A DNA stretch of 63,043 bases, the filler included, from Hyphochytrium catenoides (lineage: Eukaryota > Protista > Hyphochytriomycota): assembly GCA_900088475.1 (NCBI GenBank). It is 17 parts of 17 records of this genome, joined end to end, with 100 filler letters (N's around TTAATTAATTAA, not from the genome) between each part and the next. Parts side by side here need not be neighbours in the genome. Positions count along the whole stretch, not along the records: positions 9,835 to 17,999 come from FLMG01003267.1; positions 18,100 to 19,262 come from FLMG01003244.1; positions 19,363 to 24,373 come from FLMG01000706.1; 14 more parts are not named here. One strand, given 5' to 3'. The translations under genes were made by a program, and so were the position numbers. The notes under the pieces are model-generated. The model was not told where the DNA came from and searched no databases. It saw only the letters and a program-made list of their open reading frames with translations. Positions within the stretch are counted from its first letter, which is position 1. Each line of letters begins with the position of its first letter. Positions 11,502-23,662 of the stretch are shown piece by piece.

Positions 11502-13818
11502 TTAGATGCTCACTCTATTCAGAGGCACAGTCTCGTCCTGCGTGCGTTTCACTGCAGGGCTCTCGTCAAGATCCCGTCCACGGGTCTCAGGCACCACACC
11601 TCGTACGAAGACACCAGCCACAGCGCAAATAACCCTATGCATATAGTTAAAAGCGGGATGTTAGGTATCGGTAGCAGCGTTTGTGGACAAGTACACAATG
11701 GAGCGTTCTTACGCAAAAATAAGGAACAACACGCCTACGCCTTTCTTCTGCTGAGCATCACTATCGCCCCCGCCAAGGGCCTGAATAAGCGTTAGTGTGG
11801 AGGTCGCCACCACGATGTTTATGAGATTATTGATCGCCATAGCGAGCCCCATGCCGCGGGACCTGATTCGAAGAGGGAGGACCTCTCCTAAGACCACCCT
11901 ACGGAGGAAAAGAGTCACATTAAGGGTCGGAAAGGTAGAGCTTGGATCTTATTATCAAGACCCTAAGGGAGCAGACAAATATGTACCAAATGACGGCTCC
12001 AAAACCCACAGCGAAGCCGACCACATAGAGTAGAGTGGACGCTAGGGCTAGGCCGGCTTGCAAGCCTGCTGTGTCACTCGAAGACAGAAGTGCCCCACTT
12101 AGGACAGCCAGGGAGACCGTCATCATTACACTGCTTATTAGCAATAAGGTCACTCTACCCAGTCGATCTAAGGCAAGAGGGGAAAAACAAGGCTTAGGGG
12201 CAGTTCATAGCGGCCGGAACTGCAGAGAGAGGATCAATAACTTACCAACAAGGAAGAAGGATAGCACCGTGGCAAACACATTCACAATGCCCACGCTCAT
12301 AGTTGCGACAAGCGGCGACGCGACACCCGCGTATCCAAAGATTTTGGCGCTGTAGAATATCACCGTGTTGATGCCTGAGATTCTGAGAGAGAGTGAAGCT
12401 TGCTAAGTTCTCTCTTCACTTCAAGCAGGTGTAGAGTCGAGTGGGAGGAGAATACTCACGCTTGGAATATTGTCAGTCCGACTGCGATTACCAGCTCCTT
12501 CTTAGCAGCAAAGACCTCTTGCCAGGACACGTGCCCCTGGGCCGCAGCATCTGCGTTCAGTTGCCCCACCATCATCTTTATCTCAGCATCCACTGCTGCA
12601 TAGTCTGAGGCTTCTCGAAGCCTTAACAGGTTTCTCTTTGCCTGTGGCGAGGCGTTTAGACAACAATTCCCATCTCTTGCACGTTTGTAGGTCTCGTACC
12701 TCCTCACTACGACCACGCTGCACTAGCCAACGTGGGCTTTCATAAATGAAGGCTGAGAGAAAGAGCTGGAGAGCTGCTGGCACAACAGCGCAAAGGTTTG
12801 TGTACTGCAGCAAGAGCGAATGCTTAAGCTTTCGACGCTTGAGGCCGAATGTCTCTTTCGTCCGATTCTATATTACCTGCCATCCGGCATCGACATGGTC
12901 AACAAAGGCAAAACCGCAAACTGCTGCGGCTAGAATGCCAATTGTGAGGAGGAGCTGATGTAACGTTGTCACTTGCCCGCGAATGTCTGCTGGTGAGATC
13001 TCGGTTAAGAGGATGGGCGTAACGATCATAGCAACCCCTGCACCAATCCTGAGGAAGTACTGATTGTCAGCCAGAGACAAGCAGACAGGGGGTATAAGCT
13101 CTTCATACCCCAAAAGGAATCTGCCGAGAAAGAGCTCCCACTTCTTCATGCAGAAACTGCATAGTAGTGCGCCAGAAAGCCAGAACCCATTATTTGCCAG
13201 CAGGACCCTTCGCCTGCCCAGGCGATCTGCAGGGTAATTGGCAAGAAGGGACCCTTGAAGAAGCAGAGCATCGTCAGTAGGAGTGAGATAAGGTAGTAAG
13301 GTGAGATAATATAGTAACTAAGATACAATCTTGTAGCCATTGTAAGGTAGAGCAGCATCAGCCACAAAGGGGGATAGACGACCGCAGAGCTTACCGAGCC
13401 ATGCTCCGATGATGGTCAACGCTGTTGCAATCTCCTGTTCGGCTATGCTGGGCGAAGACAAAGGGGTTTAGATGCGCCTTGTCCAGCCTATCTGGTTCAA
13501 GACCATGGCCCCTCACCTGAGTGGAATGTCCTTTAAGATGGAGCCTGGTGCCCCATCCACGATGCAAGCGTTCATGGCGGCAAAGGCATAGCCCATCAGG
13601 AAGGATGAGAGACAGATGATCAGGGCTGCCCGCCACAGGCTCCATGAGCCCCTTGCGGGTAATGATGCCGGCATGGCATCCTTCTGAGATCACATGTTAG
13701 GTACAGTCCAGTTAATAAGATGCACCGCAAAGCGTACCGGAGATGCCACTCCAGCTTCTTTGTCGGTCAACATTTGATAATGCACGTCCGGGTCAGGGTC
13801 CAGAAGCGCGCGATTCAT
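11502..13818 (-). CDS. Sugar porter family MFS transporter (multi-intron)
   Basis: Motifs ADRLGRR, GRFLLG, EISPADIRG, YESPRWL, QAISGINTV, DRLGR, EVLPLRIRS, VPETRG; canonical introns. Confidence 0.93.
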
Positions 13819-15721
13819 ACCTTGACCGCCTTTACCAGGTCACGGTCAGATGATACGTAGTAAGAGACAAGGAGACTGGTCAGGCCATAGCAGAGAGGCA
13901 AATCTGCTTGCAGCGGCGTACCTTAGAAGAACGCCCGTCCGGTTGTCCTTCCACCCACCTTGGCTCTTGTCAACAGCGACAGCCCTCACTGCTGCCTTTA
14001 AGTTCCAAAGATCCTTCCTAGATCGACGTCTTCCTCTGGTGGAAGAAGGAAAGATTGGCCTTCCCAGTAATCTTCCTGCAGTTCTCCGGCAGACTAGCAG
14101 CTGATGAGGGCATGAGGGAGGGCGCAGAGGCCATGCCGATGGCACTTGGGTGCATTTCTTCGTGTTCTGCTGATCACTGCGTCTTCATCAGACCAAAAGT
14201 TCTTCCCCTTCTCCTCCTGTTTCTCTCTTTGATGAAGCTTTGATGAACCACTTCCTACAACGTAACATAAGCTGTTGAAGATCCTCCCACTGCCGCAGAC
14301 TCTCCCCCTAGGTTGGTGATGACTATGACCTCCTACGGCGGGGTAAAATGGGTACCCGAGCAGACCACAAGGGGGCTTTCCCCCTAGGGTAGGGGGCTCT
14401 CCAAAAAGTGTCCCTTGATATTCACTTGACCATAAAACTGTTTCTCATTCGGAATATCTATCACACAGGCTATTCTGATCGCAAAGGCAACAAACTCCAT
14501 GTTGGCGTTCTGAATGAGAATCCGATGTCCAATTATCACGGCAGTACTAAGATAACCATTGACCTCTCTGTCATACAGTCAAACCAGAGTTTTTGGCGCC
14601 AAAGCCAAAGCAGCTCATCGATAAGAGCCGCCGCCGCCGCCGCACACTTTTTCTCCTGTAAAAAGGTTAGGAGAACTCTTGAATCCCGACACACTCCAGT
14701 CCTTGCCATCTTCCTGTGGACACACAGGGCAAGAGACCAAGCTCGCAATGTAAGAGATGGGCTTCCAGTGATGGTAAGGAGTCATTAATAGAGTCTACAG
14801 GTTAAGGCCTTCTCTCGTTTCAGGGCGACGGATTACTAAGGGGCTGTCGTCTATGCACCGAGCGGGATGAAGTTTGACTCAATTGTGAGGATGTTGTTCC
14901 TCTTTCAGGCTGAGTGAGGGTGAAGGGATGGCCTCTGACCCAATCTCTTAACAGTAACTTGCCTTAGCTGGTAGTGACTAGATGGAGCGCTTAGGCCGAA
15001 CCCTGATAGCCATCCAGTCACTACCAGGGATAACGTATCCGACACTAAGTCTGCTCTCGTATGGGGTTCATCTAGCCTCCGGCAGCTCTTTATAATGCAC
15101 TATGATGAAGTTGACAAAAGCCGCCGCCAGGATCCCGCAACCTCCACCGACGTCCTGATGGACGTGGTTAACCCTAAGCAGGAGGATTCTACCGCCACAA
15201 CTACCTTCCTCTCGTAGGACGATTTTTCGTGGCTGTAGCCTTATATGGAGTCGACCTTCTTGCCTTTGCCTTACTTCTCTCTTGAACAGCTGTTCCCTCT
15301 ACCGCTTCTGTTGACTCCGCTGGGTGTTCTTTTATCCGTTTGTTCTCACCCAGAATAAAAAGCAAAAGAAAAGCGGCGTTGCGAGGGTGCTGGTGGGCTT
15401 GAGGTCTTCAGAGCAGTGGCTTCCAGGAGGTTGTCATCCGGCCTCCGGCCCCGATGGGAATAAAGGTTAGCCTTGTTCTCCTGGAGCATTTCACTGTTCT
15501 GACAGGAAAGAGACAATCTATTCTGAGTGCATTAAACATATACTGAGCTTCGAACTAAGAGCCGAATGGAGCATTGTTCAGAGAGCAACAGAGCTAAGAG
15601 ACTACTAGACATAGCTGAACCTCTCGAAGGCTCGTCGTTTCCTTGGAAGAGGGCTTTTCCTACAGATTGTAGGCCTTCAATAAATAATTCTATTCGTGGT
15701 ACTACGACAATATGCCTGTCG

Positions 15722-17940
15722 TCACTGCTGGGCACTTAAAGCTTTGAGGTTCAGCTGCTGTTCGAGAAGGGCGAGATCATCCACTTGATGTCGTGCAATG
15801 CCTAACGAGCGGCAGATCCCTAACAGCTGTCGTATATCTACATCCTGATAGTTTCAATAAGGCGAGTAAGATTCAAAAAGGAAGTTGATCTAGTATGAGC
15901 AAACTGACCTCAGGGAGATCATGGAGAAACCTCATCATCTCATCCATTTCCATCGTCATAAGCTGCCCCTGGTACAGCTTCAAGACCGCTAGACGAGGGC
16001 AAACGGTCAGCAACAAATGTTGGATCCGCTAGAACCTTGAAGCCGTTGTCATGTCTTACCAAGAGCAAGGACCAAGGTAAAACAAGGGCCCTCAAGAAAT
16101 ATTGCATCCAAGAGTTTGACTGCGTTTCCCATGGGTAGTACGCGCGTAAAAAGGGTAAAGACCCTAAGAGAAGAGGCAACCGTCAGACGAGCAACAGATT
16201 AGGATCTGTGCGACAACTTACCAGTCCACCATGTAAAGATCATGGGAGAACGCGAGCTCTTTCATATAGCTATGCACACTTGGAACGTGTAGCTCTAACA
16301 AGGTGTCGTACACTCTGAAGTAGCAGTCCATCTGCAATCGCCAGATTGAGAAGTATGCCCCATGAGTAACAAGATTCATTTGGCACATGCAAAGGGCTAA
16401 ACATACCTTCGGCTTGTCAAACCGATAGAAAGTGAATAGAATCGGCTGATTGAGCAGGTTGGCAAGGCAGACAAACGCCTCGTACGCAGTCATATGCAGA
16501 CATAGGATCCCTGCTATGTAGGACATCCCTAGATCACCAGCGATGAAGACAGAACAAGGGTTTGAGAGAGGAGCAGGGCGGAAAGATGAAAGATCCTATG
16601 CGAGTAGCCCACATCCTACCCTATGTTACCTTGAACATAGCCAACGTCCGGTCGGTGGCATGAGATAGCCGAGAGAACATCTTGCAGCTTTTGCTCCGCT
16701 GGACCGCCTTTCTGCATATCTTGAACATGAGCGAAGGTGCGGTGGATGTCCAAGCTAATCAAACGGATGTTCTTCTCTTTCAGCCAGACCAAGCGTGTGG
16801 TATCAAAGGTGCTGGCTTCCTGTACAGCTCCCTCTGTATCTTCGCTTTTCGGCTGCTGCCCCTCCGCTTCCGCAGAGAAAGCGTGAACCTTTTCGTCTTT
16901 ATGGCGAACGCCAGCCTTGTCTTCGTGTCTGACATAATCGCCAATGGCCCGAGCGCGTGTGAGAAGTGCCTCGTACAGCTCCTCCGTGATATTCAACTCA
17001 TTCCCTATCATTTCCTGCCAGAGTCGTCCGCGCTCGCTCTCATTTACCTCTGCGGCATAGATGGTCTCGATGACACTGCCAAGAGGGAATGGTCAGACGG
17101 TACAAAGGGACTCCCCTTTCCCATACATGTTATAAGGAAGGGACACTATAAGGTAACCGAGGCAAAACCACTAGCACCAGTTTATAGAGTGACGAAAGGC
17201 TGGCTCTTCGGGCAAGGACAAGCGGTTTGCTACTCTACTGCCTACCTAGCAGGAACAGATTGCAAGTGACTCCGCGTAGATGGCTTCAGTGTCTGGCACG
17301 ATCAAGGCATAGGTGTCAGCAGAATAGGATAAGGGCCACGCGACCAACAGTGCAGGAAGCCTTACAATGGACGAAATGCCGTTGACGCTTGAGCCGCTAG
17401 TGTATGTGTCTACTGGATGAAGTATATTGGGTCAGCGGACGTGATGAACAAGGGCTAGGGATACCATGAGCGACCAAACTAGCCGCACCTGAGACTTGGG
17501 AAGAGCCGTCAACTTTGGTGTCTACAGCGCCACCTATCCTGCCGAGAGCTGTATGCGCGGCAGAGATGGCGAGGATCCACTCCAGCATATCCTCTGGACT
17601 TCCAGAGCAGAGGAGGATGGGTTGAGCTTGTCTCAAGTGGAGCTGAAACACATTTTGCAGCCTGTGTTTCTCAATCGCTTCCTGTCATCTTGATAATGAG
17701 GCCAGAGAACTAGCAAGGCAGAACATATGGCATACTGGTCTTACAATCTTCTCAACTTCCTTGAGCTTCACTCGTCTCCTGTCTTTCAAAGGCGCGCCAG
17801 GATGCTTATAGAAGCGGATCTCCTCCTTCATCGAACCGGGCAGAGGAAGGTTAGTATGGCTGATTGCAGACCCCATCTCACTCACCCTTACCTCAGTCAG
17901 CACGAAAAACCTGACGTTCCATTTCTTGATGTGCTTGCTC
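15722..17940 (-). CDS. PH domain + TBC RabGAP protein (TBC1D12/14-like), 5'-truncated, multi-intron
   Basis: PH: KKWNVRFFVL ... EDMLEWILAI; TBC: RGRLWQEMIGNELNIT, ISLDIHRTF (Arg finger), GYVQGMSYIA (Gln finger), LYMVDW. Confidence 0.88.
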
Positions 17941-18791
17941 TACATAATGGGAATAGAAGGCGAAGACAGCGGTCCACGAGCCACAGTCAGATGATGGTGN
18001 NNNNNNNNNNNNNNNNNNNNNNNNNNNNNNNNNNNNNNNNNNNTTAATTAATTAANNNNNNNNNNNNNNNNNNNNNNNNNNNNNNNNNNNNNNNNNNNNC
18101 TAACTTTTGCAGGTGGTAGGATTGGTCCACGGTTCTTGTTAGTCCGTCAGGCACGGACCGCCAGCAAGAGCAAAAGCAATTGGACTGGGTGTTAAGTCTA
18201 CCACCTGGCCATTAGCGCACCAGCTTATTAGCGGTCTATAGTCTATCAACAAGAGCCTGCACTGACGGGTTGTTTTTGTGACGCAGCTCTATGAGAACAA
18301 CCATTGCACTTGGACATTCTTTGCCTCTTCCCTTCTCTCCCTAATATCTGAAGAACAAGCTACGTCAAACTCTTGTCACTTGCCCATGCCCTTGGCCTGG
18401 TGTCGCTGGAGATGATGGGATGTGGACTATGTGAATCCTCTTATGGCGCCTAGCACTGGTGTCGAACTACGAAGATGCTTACGCTTCTCAAACAACAGCA
18501 GTGATTTATTATTAGAAAGGCGGGAGGCTCTGCATAGTCTTCCTTGGTCGCTAATTGCGTGGCGCTCTGTTGATAGGCACGACCAACTGCAGATCCTGCA
18601 TGCAGAGGATAGTGCTGACAGCTGTCCTTGAGCCAAAGGAGAAGAGTAATACTCGCGGCCGCCCCACGTTTAAGGAGATGATAATGAGGCAGAGACCGGG
18701 TACAAATAACGTTAGCTTCTGACAAGAGAGAGAAGAAGAAGAGGCAGATCGAGTGAGAGCTATTTTTTCTTAGTTCTGTATGTTGAAACCT

Positions 18792-19262
18792 CTATTGCTG
18801 CACTGCTGGCTCTATGCGGGCAACAGAGAGGCGCTGCTGAGAGGCAGTTTGCCGCCATATCAGGGCCGCTGAGGCGGTTCCGCCTCTAACAAACCTATTA
18901 TACGCATCCAAGAGCGTGCCATACACATGCTCCTCCATAGGCTCGAAGAGTTTGGCGTCTAGATCTCCACCTAAGAAGCCCGCAGATGGCCGACGGTTCT
19001 GCTCCTGAACGATTTTGCTGAACTTGTTACGCAATCCCTCTGGAATGCTGGTCACTTCAAAAGGAGAGGAAGGCCTGAGGAAGTCTTCCTCTATCCTCTC
19101 CGCCATCTCTCTCTTCTGAGTCACGTCTCGTTCTCTCTTAAAGGCATTGACAGCCTCTATGAAGATCACGTTCTCAGCTGCAAACTCTTTCATAAGATAC
19201 TGCTTGAACATAGGGAGGATGTTGGGTCTCTCTAGCGCTGTCCGTAGCTCCGCTGTCGTGGC
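18792..19262 (-). CDS. RGS (regulator of G-protein signalling) domain protein, C-terminal part
   Basis: FKQYLMKEFAAENVIFIEAVNAFK ... IEEDFL ... FEV ... LFEPMEEHVY ... DAYNRF. Confidence 0.9.
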   Translation of the reverse strand, partial: ATTAELRTALERPNILPMFKQYLMKEFAAENVIFIEAVNAFKRERDVTQKREMAERIEEDFLRPSSPFEVTSIPEGLRNKFSKIVQEQNRRPSAGFLGGDLDAKLFEPMEEHVYGTLLDAYNRFVRGGTASAALIWRQTASQQRLSVARIEPAVQQ

Positions 19263-19751
19263 NNNNNNNNNNNNNNNNNNNNNNNNNNNNNNNNNNNNNN
19301 NNNNNNTTAATTAATTAANNNNNNNNNNNNNNNNNNNNNNNNNNNNNNNNNNNNNNNNNNNNGTCCATTTATTTTTTTAAGAAAACCAAAGGGAAAATAG
19401 ATCTATGCGCGCAATGAAGGTGCAAACTCATGACGAAACAGATCTTCATAAAAAAGCTACCAACTATAAAAATTGATAACTCTTATAAAAAGTTGCACAT
19501 AAACCGAAAAGCTCAGATGTTGGAGCTCATCAAGAAAGCGCAGTTGGGCAAGAAGGATCACTGGAGAGTGATGAGTTACGTCAGTGATATGATGCACGAC
19601 CGAGTTACTGCTGCTCCGCTGATGATGATGGTGAACACGGCGGCGGAGCCTTTGATCTTGATGGTGCGTGGAGACGATTGCCCGCCGCCACAACCACACA
19701 GTAAAGACGGACGAAGAAGAGAAGAAGACGGAGAAGAAGCTTCATAGGAAC

Positions 19752-19935
19752 CCCTCCTCTGTCAATCTATTATAGAGCAGCAGCAGGAGGAGGAAGGAGG
19801 CGATCCTCCTCTGTCAGTCAATCTATCATTATACTAACAGCAGCAGCAGCAGAAGGAGGAGGGACCCTCTCTCATCAATCTAATATAGAGAAGCAGAAGG
19901 AGGAGGAGAGAGGGAGGAGGCGATCAATCCTCCTC
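19752..19935 (+). repeat. Three to four degenerate ~55-60-nt tandem units CCTCCTCTGTCAATCTAT..ATAGAG(CAG)nGAGGAGG
   Basis: Visible repetition of TCAATCTA and CCTCCT/AGGAGG ends directly upstream of the ATG at 19967. Confidence 0.7.
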
Positions 19936-19966
19936 GTCGTCGTCGGACGCTTACTACTGCTGCGAG

Positions 19967-21542
19967 ATGTCTGCAGCTGAAGTTTTGCTGTATGCTTGCG
20001 CAGGACTAGAGATTGCAGCTGCTCTACTCACGTCGAGCTTGTTTATACGGCAAAGACGGGCCTATCCCATCGACGCAACTCCTATAATCTGGCCAGTGAT
20101 AGCACACTTGGGATGCGCCTACTCAGTGGCTGTTACATTTTTCGGGACGATTCTGCTCTGCTCAAGCAGTTTCGGAGTATTCCTGAAGACGTCTGCCATG
20201 TTCTTTCCAGTCACTTCTGCCATTAACGCTTCAGTATACTGGACCTGGTCGTCTTACCAGGAACAAAAGTCGCTTGACAGGTTACTGGTCCGTGGACCGG
20301 AAGCAGCATCGCCTCGCCCTCCACCATTAGGGGATGGCAGAGGTGGTAGAGGTAGTAATCAACCACCAAGAAGCGCAGGAGAAGGATCTACCGTGCGTCG
20401 CATCAGCGGACTCATGGGCGACGTGGCTGGCATCAGGAGGAGTAGACTATCTCCACAACAAAAAGCTATCTTGGTCTTTGTGTTCTCAAGTATACTCCCG
20501 CCCATGCTGGGAATCTCTTCAGCAGTAGACTACCACGCGGCGATGGAAGCTGAAAGCCCGGAGGAGAAAGCTCGATACTTTAACAGCTACACCTGTCGAA
20601 GCCCCACCTCTCGATCGGTACGTCGTAGCTCTGTCATCCTTCTTGCTATCTTCTGGGAACTGTCATCATGATGAATTCTAAAACAAGTGAACACTACGTA
20701 CAGGCCATGATCAACTATGCTCTACTCTTCTCCGAGGTTCTTGCGTCTCTGTACGTCACCTCCAAGATGCGAAAGGTCGAAGAAGCATTCGATCTTAAGG
20801 CACAGTATAAGCGCTGTGCTTGTCTGACATTTGTATGTGGTCTTGCCGCTTGCTTCATCAAATATGCTTCGTCGGATGCCTGGGCAGAAGAGCTTCAAGC
20901 GGTCTTCTTTTGCGGATGTTATGCGAGCTTTACCTTCTTCTGCGGTCTTCGCCCACTACTGGTGTCGTTCGGTGGTGGTGATAGTACGGGCACACATCTC
21001 CCTTGGCTAAGAACCAAACAAAGTGAGAGGAAGGTCAGCCCTGCCGTGGTTTCATCTACAGCCGAGCTGAAGGGAGTACTGTCGAATGCGGACAACACGN
21101 NNNNNNNNNNNNNNNNNNNNNNNNNNNNNNNNNNNNNNNNNNNNNNNNNNNNNNNNNNNTTGCAAAGTATCCTGGCTTTCAAAAAGCTACTGATAGAGAG
21201 CTCAATAGACAACGCGCGGGAGCATCGCGGTAAGGAAGGGCGTTAGGTATAGCCAGAAACATCCTGGATACATTCATTCAAGAAGGAGCGCCGGCCGAAG
21301 TCAACATCAGTTCGACGTTGCGGTCTGCCACAATGGAGTCGGTAGTTCGGCAAACTCTCGAGACATTATCCCCGGATCTCTTCATTGCCGTGGAAAATGA
21401 AGTCTATACCATGTGCCTTCAGCCTTTCAACCGCTTTCTGGTTAAGTCAAATATACTTTATGATGGCAGCAACATGTACGGCATTGAGTCATCTGCAGCT
21501 GGGGCTAAACATACGGGCCAACAGCTACAGAAGAGATCGTAG
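19967..21542 (+). CDS. 7TM-RGS protein; intron 20618-20703, internal N gap 21100-21159, frame change at ~21230-21246
   Basis: Seven hydrophobic segments, RxxxPI-type motif after TM1, KMRKVEEAFDLKAQYK before TM6, then RGS box (ILDTFIQEGAPAEVNISS ... LFIAVENEVY ... PFNRF). Confidence 0.85.
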
Positions 21543-22438
21543 CGAGAACTACCTCACTCCTACTACTACGCGTCAATCCAAGCTGCCCACTAGTAGCAGT
21601 TCCTCCCTTTGCTCGGATAGTGGTCGCTTCATACCGTCACCCTTCGTTGTAGGTCACCTACAGCAGTTCCCGTCTGCTGTACCAGGCTCCAAATGTGCTC
21701 TCCTTGTCACTGCCAATGGCTTCCTCTTCAGGGACCAGTAGTCCCCTCCAGCGAACTAATAGAGGACTGGCCTGGAGGATGGTGCAGCGCTAAGCGAACA
21801 AGGAGAGAATTGCCCTTGAATTGTAGCCCAGACTTCATTAGACGGCACCGGGTACAACTGTTCCTCTCAGTACCCTAAAGAAGCTCCTCCTTCAAGGTCT
21901 TGCTGTTGCCGAGAAGAATGTTGGGGCGGCGGCCGGAGCAGACTGTAGTTCTTCCGAAGAGTCCAGAGCAGCAGCAGGAGACGACGTAGCTAGCATAGCA
22001 GCATCGGCTATCTGGAGCTGGCACCACCCTTCGTACTCGGTACAATGCTTACTCGTTGGCCTGGAGCTCTAATCTAACCTTGCTTTTTGTATAGGAAGTA
22101 CTAAGAGTCTTTGTGTTCCCTCATCATGACGCTACCTACATGGATTGCATGATAATGATCAGCACTTTATGGTGCATTATTCATCTTTATCTACATAGTT
22201 CACAAGGTTAACAGCTCTTATCTACACCGCTGGGAGGCTCTTTATATAAGAAAGTGTGCCTCACCAGGCATCAAACACTGATAAGGAATTCATAATAATA
22301 GTACAAGCCAGCCAACAACCATAATAGTACAAGTCATCAGCCAACAACCAAACAAACACAAGGAGCTTTCGTCTCTCTTCTTGTCCTCTATGGTTCCGTC
22401 TCTTTTTAGAGGATCGTCTCGCCTTTCTTGGTCACCAA

Positions 22439-23662
22439 TCAACAGAAGGCGTTCGCGCCATGGTACGAAAACCCGACGAACAGCAATGGATCGTATCCTG
22501 TCACTGTCTTTGGTTCCCTGACGAGATCTCTTGCCTGCCAGTCTCTCTCACTAGTTGGGCTTCTCTCCATCAGCAAATGCTCGTCGTCCAGCTCACTGAG
22601 AGGCATGGACGTGAAGGCTTCTTCAAAGTTAGACGTATCCTCCGCATAGTCATAGTCCACGTCTGCCTCACAGGGCTGGTAACCAGGCTTCTGGAAGGGC
22701 AGAGCATCAAAGTCGATGCCTTCAAAAAAGGGATGCTCCTTGATCTCAGCTGCACCTTGCTTGCTTCCTAGTCTAGTCCGTGGGTTCTTGTCCAGCAGTT
22801 TGCGGATAAGGTCTCTTGCTGGTCGCGACAGTGAGGACGGAAGAAGCAAATGATCTTCTACTATCCGTCTAAATAGCTGAAACTTATTGTTGGAGTACCA
22901 TGGCGGCAGGCCTGTCAGCAGTTCAAAGAGAACAATGCCAACGCTCCACCAGTCAATAGCTGTGCCATACCGCTGGCGGAGCAGGACTTCTGGAGCAATG
23001 TACTCTGGCGTCCCACAAAGAGAAGCCGCACCATAGCAGGGCTCGTGTACACTTTCCTTTGCCAGGCCAAAGTCTATAAGCTTCACATGCCCATCGCTGT
23101 CCAACAGAATGTTCTCTGGCTTGAGGTCTCTATAGAGAACGCCCATCTTGTGAAGACTCTCCAGTGCCAGGACGATCTCCGCCACATAAACTCTAACTAA
23201 AGACTCTGGGAACCGTCTAAGCCTTGTCAAATGGTAGAAAAGCTCTCCGCCAGGACAGTAATCCAGGACAAAGAAGAGCTTTCTCTCTGTCTGGAAGGCA
23301 CAATGAAGATTGACGATGAAGGGATGCTGCACCTTAGCCAGCACTTTTCTCTCTGTCCAGGTATGGACAACCTGCTTCTTTCTATGTATATCACTCTTCG
23401 AGATAACCTTCATCGCGTACACTTTCCCGGTCTCTTTCTTCTTGATAAGCACCACCTTGCCGTAGGTTCCCTTGCCGATGAAGCGTACCAGTTGGAAGCC
23501 TTCTAATATATTGACAGCATTATACAGCTCCTTGTCTAGACTGCAGTGCCCCAACTCTGCAGGAGATGACAGAGCAAGAGGCGACTCTGTCGCAGGGTTG
23601 AGACGGTCCAGCGCGTTCCAGACAGGCGTCTGGGTGGCGATGGCAAAGTCCACTTGCACCAT
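22439..23662 (-). CDS. AGC-family Ser/Thr kinase (S6K/SGK/AKT-like), intronless
   Basis: GKGTYGKV, AMK, YRDLKPEN, DFG, CGTPEYIAPE, AGC tail DTSNFEEAFT and hydrophobic motif FVGFSY. Confidence 0.96.
   Translation of the reverse strand: MVQVDFAIATQTPVWNALDRLNPATESPLALSSPAELGHCSLDKELYNAVNILEGFQLVRFIGKGTYGKVVLIKKKETGKVYAMKVISKSDIHRKKQVVHTWTERKVLAKVQHPFIVNLHCAFQTERKLFFVLDYCPGGELFYHLTRLRRFPESLVRVYVAEIVLALESLHKMGVLYRDLKPENILLDSDGHVKLIDFGLAKESVHEPCYGAASLCGTPEYIAPEVLLRQRYGTAIDWWSVGIVLFELLTGLPPWYSNNKFQLFRRIVEDHLLLPSSLSRPARDLIRKLLDKNPRTRLGSKQGAAEIKEHPFFEGIDFDALPFQKPGYQPCEADVDYDYAEDTSNFEEAFTSMPLSELDDEHLLMERSPTSERDWQARDLVREPKTVTGYDPLLFVGFSYHGANAFC

Noticed and set aside
18792-21542. Head-to-head pair of RGS genes as a physical cluster
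   Set aside because: Separated by an artificial linker, so real linkage is unknown
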